64,000 nucleotides of DNA from positions 103,649 to 167,648 of the forward strand of contig CBDUKN010000003.1 of NCBI GenBank assembly GCA_965367815.1. Reading direction: 5' to 3'. Of the stretch, positions 50,061 through 60,304 are shown in pieces. Within the stretch, counting starts at the first letter, position 1; the number at the start of each line of letters is the position of its first letter. This DNA is from an uncultured Thermoprotei archaeon (GTDB taxonomy: Archaea; Thermoproteota; Thermoprotei; Thermofilales; B15-G2). A program made the translations under genes and the position numbers. The notes beneath the pieces are model-generated. The model searched no databases, was not told the DNA's origin, and saw nothing but the letters and a program-made list of their open reading frames with translations.

Positions 50061-50810
50061 GTGTTCAAAGTAGAAGACTATATTGCGAGAAAACTTCCCC
50101 TAGTCTGTATGGCTCACAGAGGCTTTTCTGGACGATACCCTGAAAATACTCTACTAGCCTTCCAGAAAGCAATCGAAATAGGCGCAGATGTAATCGAGTT
50201 CGACGTAAGATCGAGTAAAGATGGGGAACTAGTAGTAATCCACGACTCAACAGTCGACAGAGTATCTAACGGTACAGGCAGAGTAGATCAATTGACTTTA
50301 GCAGAACTCAAAAAACTCGACTTAGGGCTAGGACAGAAAATACCGACACTTAAAGAAACCTTAGACCTAGTCGCTGGAAAAACAGGACTAAACATCCATG
50401 TTCGAGTCAAAGGCAAGCAACTAGACAGAGTAGTTGAACTAATAAAAGAATACGATATCGTAGAAGAAGCATTCATAGTAACAAAAGATCCTCAAGAAGT
50501 CCTAAGACTCCGCAAAAAGTATCCAGAGATACATATTTGTTCGCTTTACGGACAAACAAACCCAAACTACCTAGAATTATCAGAAAAACTAGGCGTAAAA
50601 ATACTTCAAGCAAACATAGCTGGCCCCTACCTCTCCCGAAAATGGGTAGAAAAATGTCATCGAAAAGGCTTCGTGGTAGCAGTTTTCTGGGCAGACACTT
50701 TCAGCGACATAATGCACTACATGAAGTTGGGAGTAGACGGAATACTAACAAATTTCCCAGATAACTTCAAAGAAGTTGCGAAAAAGTGTTCTCTCAGCGA
50801 AACACATTAA
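50061..50810 (+). CDS. Glycerophosphodiester phosphodiesterase family
   Basis: AHRGFSGRYPENTLLAF, IEFDV, VVIHD, GVDGILTNFP. Confidence 0.93.
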   Translation: MFKVEDYIARKLPLVCMAHRGFSGRYPENTLLAFQKAIEIGADVIEFDVRSSKDGELVVIHDSTVDRVSNGTGRVDQLTLAELKKLDLGLGQKIPTLKETLDLVAGKTGLNIHVRVKGKQLDRVVELIKEYDIVEEAFIVTKDPQEVLRLRKKYPEIHICSLYGQTNPNYLELSEKLGVKILQANIAGPYLSRKWVEKCHRKGFVVAVFWADTFSDIMHYMKLGVDGILTNFPDNFKEVAKKCSLSETH

Positions 50811-50844
50811 AAAAGTTTATATGTATTCAAGAGAACTTTAAAAC

Positions 50845-51309
50845 GTGTTAATAGACTCAAACCTAGCAAGAAAACTAGTAAATATAAGTGAAAACACAGG
50901 CAGAGAATTCGTTCTCATAGCCTATGAGAACGGATCAAGACACCTATACAAACTAGGTTTAAACGGAGGCAGGTTCCCAATATACTCACCAAACATAAAA
51001 TACGTTTTCCACACCCACCCAGTTCCACGATATACTCCTTCACTAGCAGACATAATTACAGCATACAATCTAAGCAGAATAAAAGGAACACCAGTTCCAC
51101 TATACACAGCTTCTACAGTAGGAAACAATATAGTAGTCTACGAAATAAAAATACATCCAAACGCAGACATAAACAAAATAGCAGAAGAAATAATACCAAT
51201 AGAAAAAATAGTAGCCCAAAACTACGAAAAATACTCTAAAATACAGCACTATAAAATGCTATCAAAACCACATATAACAATCACAAGATATCTCCTATCA
51301 AAATACTAG
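50845..51309 (+). CDS. JAB/MPN+ (JAMM) metalloprotease-like protein
   Basis: N-terminal Glu (TGREF) and an exact HxH-x7-S-x2-D motif, HTHPVPRYTPSLAD. Confidence 0.7.
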   Translation: MLIDSNLARKLVNISENTGREFVLIAYENGSRHLYKLGLNGGRFPIYSPNIKYVFHTHPVPRYTPSLADIITAYNLSRIKGTPVPLYTASTVGNNIVVYEIKIHPNADINKIAEEIIPIEKIVAQNYEKYSKIQHYKMLSKPHITITRYLLSKY

Positions 51310-51713
51310 TACTGTACCCACAGCCTCTTAATACCAACTTTATCGAAATCCTGATCTTCGCTTGCTACTGCCTGCAAACCATAGTTCTCTATCGTCGCAA
51401 CATGTATTGAATCCGAAGACTTAAGCCCATACTTCGTCATTATTGTCTTAGCTCTCAAGTACTCCTCTACACTTATAGGCAGTACATCAACATAAGGCAA
51501 TACAGCCTTGTCAATAAAATCTACTGTATCAGCAAGTGGTACTCCATACTTTTTCCTAGATATGTAGATTACCTCGTCTAAAACAAGCACATTAGTATAC
51601 AGCAAATGATTCAACAATAAGTCTAGCCAGAAATCTTCAACATGAATGTTAAAATGCCTGAAGCTGAAGCTAAGCTAGTACACTAGCAAACAAGAGTCAA
51701 CAAAAACCTTCAT
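51306..51713 (-). pseudogene. vapC with an in-frame stop
   Basis: MKVFVDSCLLVY, TAG at 51675-51677, then the same frame continues to VLDEV, SDSIHVA and SEDQDFDKV. Confidence 0.85.
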
Positions 51714-51964
51714 CTTCAAACTCCTCCTCCAAATCAACTTCAGCTAAATCCCCTAATCTAGCTTCTCTGCCGCCTATTTTCTTCCTTCTTTCTCTAATCC
51801 ACTTAACAATATCCTCTGGATCTTCTATTCCTCCCAAAATCAATTTATCTTCAGCTGGCTCAAGGATCACGTACCCTCCTTCCTTAATTCTATAAGCCTC
51901 CCGAAAGATCTTAGGAATAACAATCTGGCCTTTAGGACCAAACTTTGACTCTAAGTTTAACCAA
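51697..51964 (-). pseudogene. AbrB/MazE-type antitoxin with a 1-nt frameshift
   Basis: MVKLRVKV/(frameshift)GPKGQIVIPKIFREAYRIKEGG...EEEFEDEGFC; overlaps the vapC start. Confidence 0.85.
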
Positions 51965-52074
51965 TAGTATCACTAAGTATAACCATAGGTTAAACCAAAT
52001 ATAAATTTTCTATACTCCTGAATTAAGCTCATTTATTTTCCTTAAAACAATAAACGTAGTACTGCTTCTTGCTG

Positions 52075-52195
52075 CTAAATGGCCAGCATTTAATCTATGA
52101 ATCTCTTATACCACTCGAATTCCTGTGGATTAACTAAGTGTATTTCAAAAGGATTAAAAGACTCTAGTTTACTATAGATCCTGACCTCTAGCACA
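52075..52195 (-). pseudogene. 3' remnant of an MNT gene
   Basis: NPFEIHLVNPQEFEWYKRFI resembles HPYEIHLVNRKEAEWYMKHI of 44310-44657. Confidence 0.65.
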
Positions 52196-52277
52196 CACAT
52201 TATTAAGCTAGTATATATAATTACTTAAGTCAATTAAATATTTCGAAAAATCTAAAATATTTATAAACTTACAATGG

Positions 52278-52902
52278 TCAATGAAACACTTTATTATATA
52301 GAGCTATTATTGCTTTTTCCCGCGTAAGTCCCTCCTTTTCTACTAGCTTCTGTATCTCTTTTTCAAGCTTCTTTTCAGCTAAAGATGTGCTATAGACTTC
52401 TCTATAGTATTTCAGTAACCGCTGGTAAGCCTCATCAGCTGTTATTTCTTTCGGTTTAAGCTGCTCTGAAGGCTTAGGTTCAGGTGAAGATTTTATCTGA
52501 AGGTTAGGGTACTTTGATAGTAGCCCAAAAATCGCTATTATCGTCCCTACTAGCGAGGCGGTATTCGATGTTATTGTATTAAGTACCGCCAGCACTATTA
52601 GTGCACGGCAAGTCTTTCCTGCTTCTTTCTCTGACTTAATAGTACTCCATCTGCTGTAAACATTTACTGCTAGAGCTAAAGCAACTATATTTAGTAGCAC
52701 CGAGGTTCCCAAGTACAGCGACAAGTTCACTGGCATTTCTATCGTAACGTTCGGTGTTGAAAAATGCAAAGTCCACGTAGTAACCATACCAATAAGCCAT
52801 AGGGAGTTTGCATTACTTATTAACCCCCATTAAACTCCCTATAGCAGCTATTATCATCCCTACTCTAAAAAGAGTTAACCATATTTCCTCAAGAATTCTC
52901 AT
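52278..52902 (-). CDS. Hypothetical membrane protein; N-terminus apparently frameshifted at a G5 run
   Basis: ORF 52278-52787 has TM helices and a soluble tail; an upstream MRILEEIWLTLFRVGMIIAAIGSLMG joins it by a 1-nt shift at 52824-52828. Confidence 0.55.
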
Positions 52903-52965
52903 TCTCCCCCCTGTAGAGGATATTTTAGAGAAATATATCTCTTTAGATTCACATTACTCACAGCT

Positions 52966-53330
52966 CTCAATAGAAGCATATATTACGGCTAGCCTCTAAA
53001 TAAAGAAACCCCGGAGGAATAGCCACATACAGCTTCATAGTCTACAGAAACCACGAGAAAATACATGAAGACAGCGGAGTAGCTGGAGCAGACTGCCTAG
53101 GCGACGACACCTCAAACAATATGGCAGAGTACACAGCACTAATCAAAGCTCTAGAATAGCTCAATAGAATTCAAGCTAACTGAAACAAAATAGTAGCTAA
53201 AAGAGACAGCCAGCTCGTAATCAAGTAGCTCAACAAAGAGTACGCAGTAAAAGCACCCAGAATAATCCCCTTATACCTCAAAGCACAAAACTAGCATCAA
53301 TGTTCAAAGATACATGGCACAGAAAACAAA
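52966..53330 (+). pseudogene. rnhA: Decayed archaeal ribonuclease HI
   Basis: NPGGIATYSFIVY, TSNNMAEYTALIKALE, RDSQLVIK*LNKEYAVKAPRIIPLY; several stops and frameshifts. Confidence 0.85.
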
Positions 53331-53575
53331 AACAAACATCCACGAATACATGAGCAAAAACAGTCCTCAAAAATAATAAACAAGCTCAAAAAGCTGTAAA
53401 CCACATTAAGCTAACTAAGTAAGCTCTTAAAAACAAAAAATATTAGTAGACAAAAATCCGATACTGAGAGCACAACTACACCTAGCAGCATTAGACAACA
53501 AAACAATAGGCCTTAAACTAAGAATAGACCTATCATTAATTCAAATAGCCTATATATTGTCTAGCCAGCTTTAAT

Positions 53576-54412
53576 TCACAACTTAATGCTATAGCTCACT
53601 TGTTCTACTTCTCCCACCACTATAAGCTCGCTCTCAGTCACCGTTACTTTAGCATATGAACCAAACCTACTACAATTTTGCCCCATACCCTTCATAATAA
53701 AGTAGTTTATCCCATTCCTCCGCCTATAGTAGCACTCCGGATAATGGCCCGCAAAAACAGCCACTACTTTACCAGACTCCTCAAGCACCTTCACTAGCTC
53801 AGCTTCATTATCAAGCCTAGCCCAGCGAGGACCCACACAGATAGGATAATGACAAAATACAATAACTTTCTTCCGTGTAGAAGCAAGGTCTTCTCTAAGC
53901 CACTCAATATCCCTACTCGGTATATGACCGACATGTCCAATCGGATCTCCTTCCTCAAGAAACACCTTCCCCTCCACAAGCCTCAAGCAAAGCGGAGGCC
54001 TCCGCTCATCACCATGGTGCTCCGGAGAAATAGGCACATCATCAGAAATCCACGCCCCATCCAAAATAACAAAATGAAACCCATTTATATCAAACGACAA
54101 CCTAGTATAATCAATACCAACAGTCTCCATAAATCCTTCTTTTCCTCCATCAGACCAGCTATCAACATTCCCCAAAACATAGTAAACCGGAGTATCACAC
54201 AGCTTAAACACATCATCAATTTCCTTCAAATCCTCCCGAGACGTCCCAGAGCCACCATAAAAATCCCCCAACTCCACAACAAAATCCGGGCGAAAATTCC
54301 TATTCATATCCTCCACAAAAGCCCTCATATAAGCCCTCAAATCCTGGCCACGAGTCCTATGATGAACATCCGTAACAAGACCGAACCTCACTAATTCCCG
54401 CGAACCGGACAT
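53576..54412 (-). CDS. Calcineurin-like metallophosphoesterase
   Basis: TDVH, LGDF, LGNVD, FCHYP, FAGHY. Confidence 0.88.
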   Translation of the reverse strand: MSGSRELVRFGLVTDVHHRTRGQDLRAYMRAFVEDMNRNFRPDFVVELGDFYGGSGTSREDLKEIDDVFKLCDTPVYYVLGNVDSWSDGGKEGFMETVGIDYTRLSFDINGFHFVILDGAWISDDVPISPEHHGDERRPPLCLRLVEGKVFLEEGDPIGHVGHIPSRDIEWLREDLASTRKKVIVFCHYPICVGPRWARLDNEAELVKVLEESGKVVAVFAGHYPECYYRRRNGINYFIMKGMGQNCSRFGSYAKVTVTESELIVVGEVEQVSYSIKL

Positions 54413-54721
54413 ACTATTATACAGTATACACTAAAGAGAAAAATCTTCTCACAACCCTCTTTATCAAGAAAGATTGTATTCGCTCTACTATGCCTTAAAG
54501 CTTTTAGGAAAGCCGCAGCTGTTTAGCTGTAGGGCCATAATACCTCTGCTCATTTGGATATATTAAACATAGTGTGCCTCTCTAGCATATTGCTTAAATA
54601 TATATAAGTGCCTAATCAGGACACGTACTCAAGTTCCCGAAGACTTATTCCACAAGAGATCGCGCTGTAATCAATGACGTATATGTGTTTATTCTATTTA
54701 GTGGTAAGCAATAGCCTTTAA

Positions 54722-55264
54722 CTATAATTTAACTGAGCACTTGAATCCGCTTTTTTCAGCAGATTTAATGGCGTCAAGTATTATTTCCTTATGGTCAAAT
54801 GCTATTAGCTCAGGCAGCTTCTCGAAGACTTTTACTTCACTGGCATCACTTGAAGGAGCTAAAACGCCTCCCTTAGGCACAGCCCAGAAAGCAATCGATA
54901 TCACGTGCCCTCTAGGGTCTCTTCCGGGATCAGAGTAGACTCCCACAAGCCCCCTAAGCTCGACCTCGAGCCCTGTTTCCTCAAGTACTTCTCTCCGAGC
55001 AGCATCCTCAACTCTCTCCCCGTACTCAACAAATCCTCCTGGAAGAGCCCAATAACCCTTAAAAGGCTCATTCTTCCTCTTAACGAGAACAATGCCTCTA
55101 GGAGTAAAGATAGCTACGTCTACAGCAACTGAAGGCTTTTTCAATACCCTGCGCCTAGACACATTTCTCTCTAAGACTTCAAGTTTAGCGACAACTGCAT
55201 CAAGCTTCGAGTTAACTTCTCTTAAGGTCCTCAAAATTTCTCCCTCCAAGACACCAGACATCAC
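54722..55264 (-). CDS. NUDIX hydrolase with N-terminal coiled coil
   Basis: Nudix box GGFVEYGERVEDAARREVLEETGL; YSDPGRDPRGH. Confidence 0.93.
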   Translation of the reverse strand: MMSGVLEGEILRTLREVNSKLDAVVAKLEVLERNVSRRRVLKKPSVAVDVAIFTPRGIVLVKRKNEPFKGYWALPGGFVEYGERVEDAARREVLEETGLEVELRGLVGVYSDPGRDPRGHVISIAFWAVPKGGVLAPSSDASEVKVFEKLPELIAFDHKEIILDAIKSAEKSGFKCSVKL

Positions 55265-55425
55265 GTATAGTTAAGAAAACACACTTAAATACCCAGTGGA
55301 TTCAAGTAGTTTCACTAAACAAATCAAGTAATTCTTCGAGCGCAGAGTCTACTACACTTAAATAGATTTAAGTCTCAATTAAAGAAATCTAATATAGTAT
55401 TGCGCCTTAAGTAAACTGTACAGTT

Positions 55426-56517
55426 ATGCTACTCTATAAAGAAGACTGGGAAGAAGCAAAAAACATGCTCGCCGCTTGGTGGGAAAAAGAGCTCAAACAC
55501 CCAGTACTCCAAGTAACTTCTCCACGAAGCACTAGGCACTACTCCTACGATGGCTGGGATTTCTGCAGACACCCCGATGAACCCGAAAAAGCAGTCAAGT
55601 CTTTCGAAAAATGGTGCTCACACACATTTTTCGGAGGAGCATCTTACCCAAACCTATGGATTAACTACGGTCCAGGAATACTATCAGCCTGGCTAGGAGC
55701 AGAACCAGTATTCAGAGACACCACAATGTGGTTCGGAAACCAGCAAGCCAAAGGAACCATGAGCCTAGCTGAGCTAGCTGAAGCAGATTTAGATGAAAAC
55801 AACATTTGGTGGAAGAGAGTAGTCAAAGCTACGAAAACAGCTGTAGAGAGTCATTACTCCAAGTTCATTGTAGGAATGACAGATATAGGAGGAGTACTAG
55901 ACGTAATAGCGGCTCTAAGAGGCACCGTTGAAACAATACTAGATATGCGCCGCCGGCCAGAAAAACTGAAAACAGCCATTCACAACGTCACTGAAGTCTG
56001 GCACAAGTGCTACGAAAAACTATACAGCATTATGTGTGAAAAAGGACACGAAGGCACCAGCGCTTGGATGGGAATATGGTGCCCTAAGAAATGGTACCCT
56101 CTCCAATGCGACGTATCCTTCATGTTTTCCCCAAAACTATTCAAAGAATTCGTCTACCCACACATAAAAGAACAGTGCAGCCAACTAGACTACGCAATAT
56201 ACCACTTAGACGGACCAGGTCAAATACCACACCTAAACCAGTTACTTAAAATACAGGAACTAGACGGAATACAATGGGTCCCTGGAGCCAGAGAAGAACT
56301 GAAAGGAAACGACTGCGGATCACCCCAATGGTTCCCACTATACAATAAAATACTAGAAAACAACAAACTCCTAGTAGTCTCAATACCCTTCCAAAAAACA
56401 TTAAACTTCATTAAACACTACAGAAAACACAGCATACTAGTAAAAACCCAAGCCCCCTCAATACAGCAAGCAGAAAAACTACTAAAACAGTGGAAAACAA
56501 TCACAAAACAACTCTAA
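55426..56517 (+). CDS. URO-D-superfamily TIM-barrel protein (second, divergent subfamily)
   Basis: GMTDIGG..DVIAALRG, LQCD..MFSP..FKEF, YHLDGPG, IQWVPGA. Confidence 0.75.
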   Translation: MLLYKEDWEEAKNMLAAWWEKELKHPVLQVTSPRSTRHYSYDGWDFCRHPDEPEKAVKSFEKWCSHTFFGGASYPNLWINYGPGILSAWLGAEPVFRDTTMWFGNQQAKGTMSLAELAEADLDENNIWWKRVVKATKTAVESHYSKFIVGMTDIGGVLDVIAALRGTVETILDMRRRPEKLKTAIHNVTEVWHKCYEKLYSIMCEKGHEGTSAWMGIWCPKKWYPLQCDVSFMFSPKLFKEFVYPHIKEQCSQLDYAIYHLDGPGQIPHLNQLLKIQELDGIQWVPGAREELKGNDCGSPQWFPLYNKILENNKLLVVSIPFQKTLNFIKHYRKHSILVKTQAPSIQQAEKLLKQWKTITKQL

Positions 56518-56572
56518 CACACCCGCCTAAAGCAGCAAACAACCATAAATAAACCAAAACACGAAAATACAT

Positions 56573-57121
56573 ATGGCGAATAAGCCTAAAAGAATCATAA
56601 TTCTACAAGGAGGAGAAAACATAGAAGCCAAAACAAACAAAAATCTCTTCAAACAAGTACTAATACTATCAAAAACAAAAAACATCCTAGTAATACCATG
56701 GACCACAGACAACCCCGAAAAAGAGAAAAAATACAGGAAAATCATAGAAAACTACTTCAAAGAAACAGGCTTCAAGAAAACAATATTCTTAGAGAAAAAC
56801 GACACCCCACAAAAAACCGCTGAAAAATTCAATCAAGCAGACATAATTTACCTCCCCGGAGGAAATCCCCAAATACTCTACAGCGAAATCAAAAAACGCC
56901 CTCACATAGAAACCAGACTAAAAGAATTTAAAGGAATAATCATCGGAAACTCTGCTGGAGCCATAGTCCTATCAAAAGGAACATATATCAACAATAAATA
57001 CCAGCCGGGCCTAGCACTAGTAAACCATTACATCAAAGTACACTACATACTAATCAACAACAACACTCCAAAACCAACAATATGTATACCAGAAAACCAC
57101 TGGATAGCAATAGAACAGTAA
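56573..57121 (+). CDS. Peptidase S51 (peptidase E/cyanophycinase-like)
   Basis: ADIIYLPGGN, GNSAGA nucleophile elbow, VHY. Confidence 0.85.
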   Translation: MANKPKRIIILQGGENIEAKTNKNLFKQVLILSKTKNILVIPWTTDNPEKEKKYRKIIENYFKETGFKKTIFLEKNDTPQKTAEKFNQADIIYLPGGNPQILYSEIKKRPHIETRLKEFKGIIIGNSAGAIVLSKGTYINNKYQPGLALVNHYIKVHYILINNNTPKPTICIPENHWIAIEQ

Positions 57122-57208
57122 AGACGAGTAGCGAAAGTAAAATCATTACAGTAGAAAGAGGAGACATAAGCATGTAAAAGAAAAGGTTTAAATAAAATAA
57201 AGTGTAGA

Positions 57209-57838
57209 GTGATCAGAAACACTATGGAGGATATTTTAATACTGGCTATTACTATAGCAGCAGGTATTACAGCAATATACGCGGTTATCAAAGCATTAGG
57301 TTTCCGCGAGTATTTAGGCGGGAAAAAAGCTAAGCCATGGGCTATTCCACGCGAAGAACTCTTAAAGCGTCTACTAGAACTCAATAGCGAAAAATTACCT
57401 TTCACTATTAGACGCGGAGATAAAGAAAACTGCGACCTTGTCGTAGAGTGGAAGTTAGCTGATGCCAAGTGGTACGGTATCTTCAGTAAACACGGGCTCA
57501 CTAAATGGTACAAAGCCTACATACTTCTAGATGATGAGAGAAAAACAGCCCGCTACCTAGAAGAAACAGGTACAATAGAGTGGGTCTATGGAGCAGAAGG
57601 CCTAAAACCTGTAATTAAGCGTGAACAAGCTTTCTTTAGAGGACGCATACTCTTCGCCAAAGAATATGAAGTAGCCTTCGGAATAACAGAAGAAAAGAAG
57701 CCGGGAAAAATCTACGAATACATGTTTGACCCATCATACCCAAGAAGCATAATAAAGAAGACAGTCGAAGAAGCAGGCTGGGAGTTTGTTCAAGTAACAT
57801 CACTAAAACACGTCCAAAAACCAGTTCACAAACACTGA
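57209..57838 (+). CDS. Hypothetical protein with an N-terminal membrane anchor
   Basis: 209-aa ORF; ILILAITIAAGITAIYAVI helix. Confidence 0.7.
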   Translation: MIRNTMEDILILAITIAAGITAIYAVIKALGFREYLGGKKAKPWAIPREELLKRLLELNSEKLPFTIRRGDKENCDLVVEWKLADAKWYGIFSKHGLTKWYKAYILLDDERKTARYLEETGTIEWVYGAEGLKPVIKREQAFFRGRILFAKEYEVAFGITEEKKPGKIYEYMFDPSYPRSIIKKTVEEAGWEFVQVTSLKHVQKPVHKH

Positions 57839-57921
57839 TCTCCAGTAAAACTCCTTCAAATCAAGTAGGACGCAGCAAGTCGTCATCTAAGAGATAAAGT
57901 TATATTTACTAGGGCAGGCTT

Positions 57922-58428
57922 ATGACAGGAGTGAACTTGTGGATAAAGTATAAAGTCATAGGAATAATACATACCCCCTTCAAAACCCCTAAAGGAACAC
58001 CTATACAGCCTAAAGGCGCGCAGAAAGCCGAAGGAATAGTAGAAATATTTCCTGAGTACGCTCAAGGATTAAAAGACCTAGAAGGATTCTCACACATAAT
58101 ACTTATCTACCACTTCCATTTAGTTAGACAAACAAAACTGCTCGTAAAACCCTACATGGATAACCGTGAACACGGAATATTCGCTACAAGAGCACCTCCA
58201 AGACCAAACCCAATAGGCTTATCAGTAGTACGCCTCACAAAAATCGAAGGCAACAAACTCTATGTAAAGAACATAGACGTAGTAGATGGAACACCACTAC
58301 TCGACATAAAACCCTACGTCCCGGAATTCGACACACCTCTAGAAGAAGTAAAAATAGGGTGGCTTGAAACAAAAATACATAAACTCCCACAAACAAAAGA
58401 CGATGGAAGATTCGTATACAGCAAGTAA
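57922..58428 (+). CDS. tsaA: tRNA m6t6A37 methyltransferase TrmO/TsaA family
   Basis: IGIIHTPF, GLKDLEGFSHI, GIFATRAPPRPNPIGLS, DGTPLLDIKPY. Confidence 0.93.
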   Translation: MTGVNLWIKYKVIGIIHTPFKTPKGTPIQPKGAQKAEGIVEIFPEYAQGLKDLEGFSHIILIYHFHLVRQTKLLVKPYMDNREHGIFATRAPPRPNPIGLSVVRLTKIEGNKLYVKNIDVVDGTPLLDIKPYVPEFDTPLEEVKIGWLETKIHKLPQTKDDGRFVYSK

Positions 58429-58812
58429 ACTAAGTTCACTAAAAGAAATAAGTCAAGCACTTAGAGCAGTAAAACCTAAGCACAGTAGTTCTTAAAGTAG
58501 ACTACGATCATAAAATAGAGGAAGACCTAGAGTAGCGAAGAGAATTAATCAGGGTTAGAAACTGGCATATAATCAAGAAGTACTTCAAACTAGTAAAAAG
58601 ACATTAAAATCTACAGACAAAACCAATTCTTCCTCACTTTAGCAACACTAAACACTAATTAGACACAGAACCTTAAATGAAATAAGAACTTCTCTACTCT
58701 ACATGTTTCAAAAATTATCGAAGACTGCTTAAATCAATATTAGACAGTATAGCAGTAAAGAAATCCAGTAAATCCTTATATCTGAGAAACAATACATATT
58801 CTGGGAAATACT

Positions 58813-59058
58813 ATGAATCCTGAGGCTAAAGTCAGGATCTCAAAAAAGTTTACTTTATATATTCCGAAAGCAATAGCAGAAGCCGCGGGAATTAAAGAAG
58901 GAGACTACGTGAAAATAAAAGTAGAAGACTCAAAAATAATTTTAGAGCCCGTACCTGACCCATTTGAATTAGCCTTAAAGGGCCCCAAATTCGCTAAAAC
59001 CACATTCGAGGAATTCGAAAAAGAATCAGAGGAAATGCAAAATGAACTCTTCAGCTAA
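58813..59058 (+). CDS. AbrB/MazE-type antitoxin
   Basis: VRISKKFTLYIPKAIAEAAGIKEGDYV. Confidence 0.9.
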   Translation: MNPEAKVRISKKFTLYIPKAIAEAAGIKEGDYVKIKVEDSKIILEPVPDPFELALKGPKFAKTTFEEFEKESEEMQNELFS

Positions 59059-59518
59059 ACTCAAAATACTCTTAGACTCAACCTACATTCTACCAATAGT
59101 AGGCGTAGAAGTCGAAGGCACAGAAAAAGTACTACTGCTACTTAAGAAACTTAGAAGAAAGAAAAAAGCTGAATTCTACTATACTCAATTCAATATCCTC
59201 GAAATACTAGGTAAAATAACTAAAACAAAATACGATCCCAAAATAGTAGCCGCAGGACTATCTTCTATACAAGAAGAATTCAATTTAACCCACCCAACAA
59301 CAGAAGGCTACATAAAAGCCCTCAATTTAAGAAAAAGAGGCTTCAAAGACCTAATAGACTTACTCCTCTACACAACATCCCTTACACGCAACCTACTCTT
59401 CTTGACAAGAGACGACACCTTAGTAAACTTCCTTGAAAAAATAGGAGAAAGCACAGAAAACATACTATACGAAGAAACTTTCATAAAACAAAACTCTACT
59501 CTAAGTAAACACACATAA
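59042..59518 (+). CDS. vapC: PIN-domain toxin VapC
   Basis: LLDSTYILP, NILE, DLIDLLLY, FLTRDD; overlaps the antitoxin. Confidence 0.88.
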   Translation: MNSSAKLKILLDSTYILPIVGVEVEGTEKVLLLLKKLRRKKKAEFYYTQFNILEILGKITKTKYDPKIVAAGLSSIQEEFNLTHPTTEGYIKALNLRKRGFKDLIDLLLYTTSLTRNLLFLTRDDTLVNFLEKIGESTENILYEETFIKQNSTLSKHT

Positions 59519-59557
59519 CGCGTACCCACTAGCCCTAAATCACTACTAGCTACACTA

Positions 59558-60115
59558 CTATCTTTTATTCCTCCTAGGACGAGGTATTAGAAAAGGCGTC
59601 TTCTTCTTATACTCCACGTACTCCGCACCAAACCTCGCCTCTAGTTCCTTCTCCTCAATAAACTTCACGTACAGTAAAGCCAAAGCTATAAACAACACTA
59701 TAACAATAGGTCCAGAAACAGTACCCACTACTAAAACCAGCCCTAAATAGTATAAAAGAGCCCCAAATATTATCGGATTTCTACAGTAAGCATAAGGCCC
59801 CCTAACTACAAGCTTCTTAGTCGGAGCATAAGGCAGCGGAGTCCCCTTACCAACGCTCCACAAAGCATAAGCAGCCCAAACCAAAAAGAACAATCCAGCA
59901 GCCACTAAAACCAGCCCTAATACAGCATCATATGGTCTTAAACAAAACTTCAGCCCAAGTAGCTTATCGAGCTCAAAAGAGACAAAAACAATCGCTAAAG
60001 GCAACAGCACACCGAAAACTAGCACACCGCTAATAACAGCCGCGACTTTGCGTCTACAACTATACTCACGCTTAGCCCAGTCAACTAACCTATCTACAAG
60101 CCTCAGTTCAGCCAC
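59558..60115 (-). CDS. Isoprenylcysteine carboxyl/phospholipid methyltransferase family (ICMT/PEMT)
   Basis: GKGTP..PTKKLVVRGPYAYCRNP, EEKELEARFG..Y..YKKKTP. Confidence 0.9.
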   Translation of the reverse strand: MAELRLVDRLVDWAKREYSCRRKVAAVISGVLVFGVLLPLAIVFVSFELDKLLGLKFCLRPYDAVLGLVLVAAGLFFLVWAAYALWSVGKGTPLPYAPTKKLVVRGPYAYCRNPIIFGALLYYLGLVLVVGTVSGPIVIVLFIALALLYVKFIEEKELEARFGAEYVEYKKKTPFLIPRPRRNKR

Positions 60116-60304
60116 CCGTAATACTGGTTTCCAATAACTATATATGCCTTCAGCAAGTACTCATGAACAAAGAATTTTCTTCAAAGTACTTCACGAAACT
60201 TATATAATCTCCGTAAGAAACACTGCAAGCAGAATACTTAGCTAACTCGAAGAAACTTGCTAAATTAATATATAGTTTAGAGAAGGATTTCTGCCGGGAA
60301 ATAA

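Noticed and set aside
32027-51677. Stop-codon recoding to explain in-frame stops (TGA 32027, TAA 35317, TAA 39680, TAG 51675)
   Set aside because: All three stop types occur, mostly alongside frameshifts or truncations, and all three terminate intact genes; ordinary decay explains them
53849-54394. 181-aa plus-strand ORF, and similar antisense ORFs throughout (e.g. 5055-5501, 6018-6488, 57043-57513)
   Set aside because: Shadow ORFs opposite well-supported genes, favoured by strand-biased composition
54505-54540. Hairpin (GCAGCT-GTTT-AGCTGT) resembling an IS200/IS605 end
   Set aside because: Short and degenerate, with no tnpA or tnpB remnant nearby
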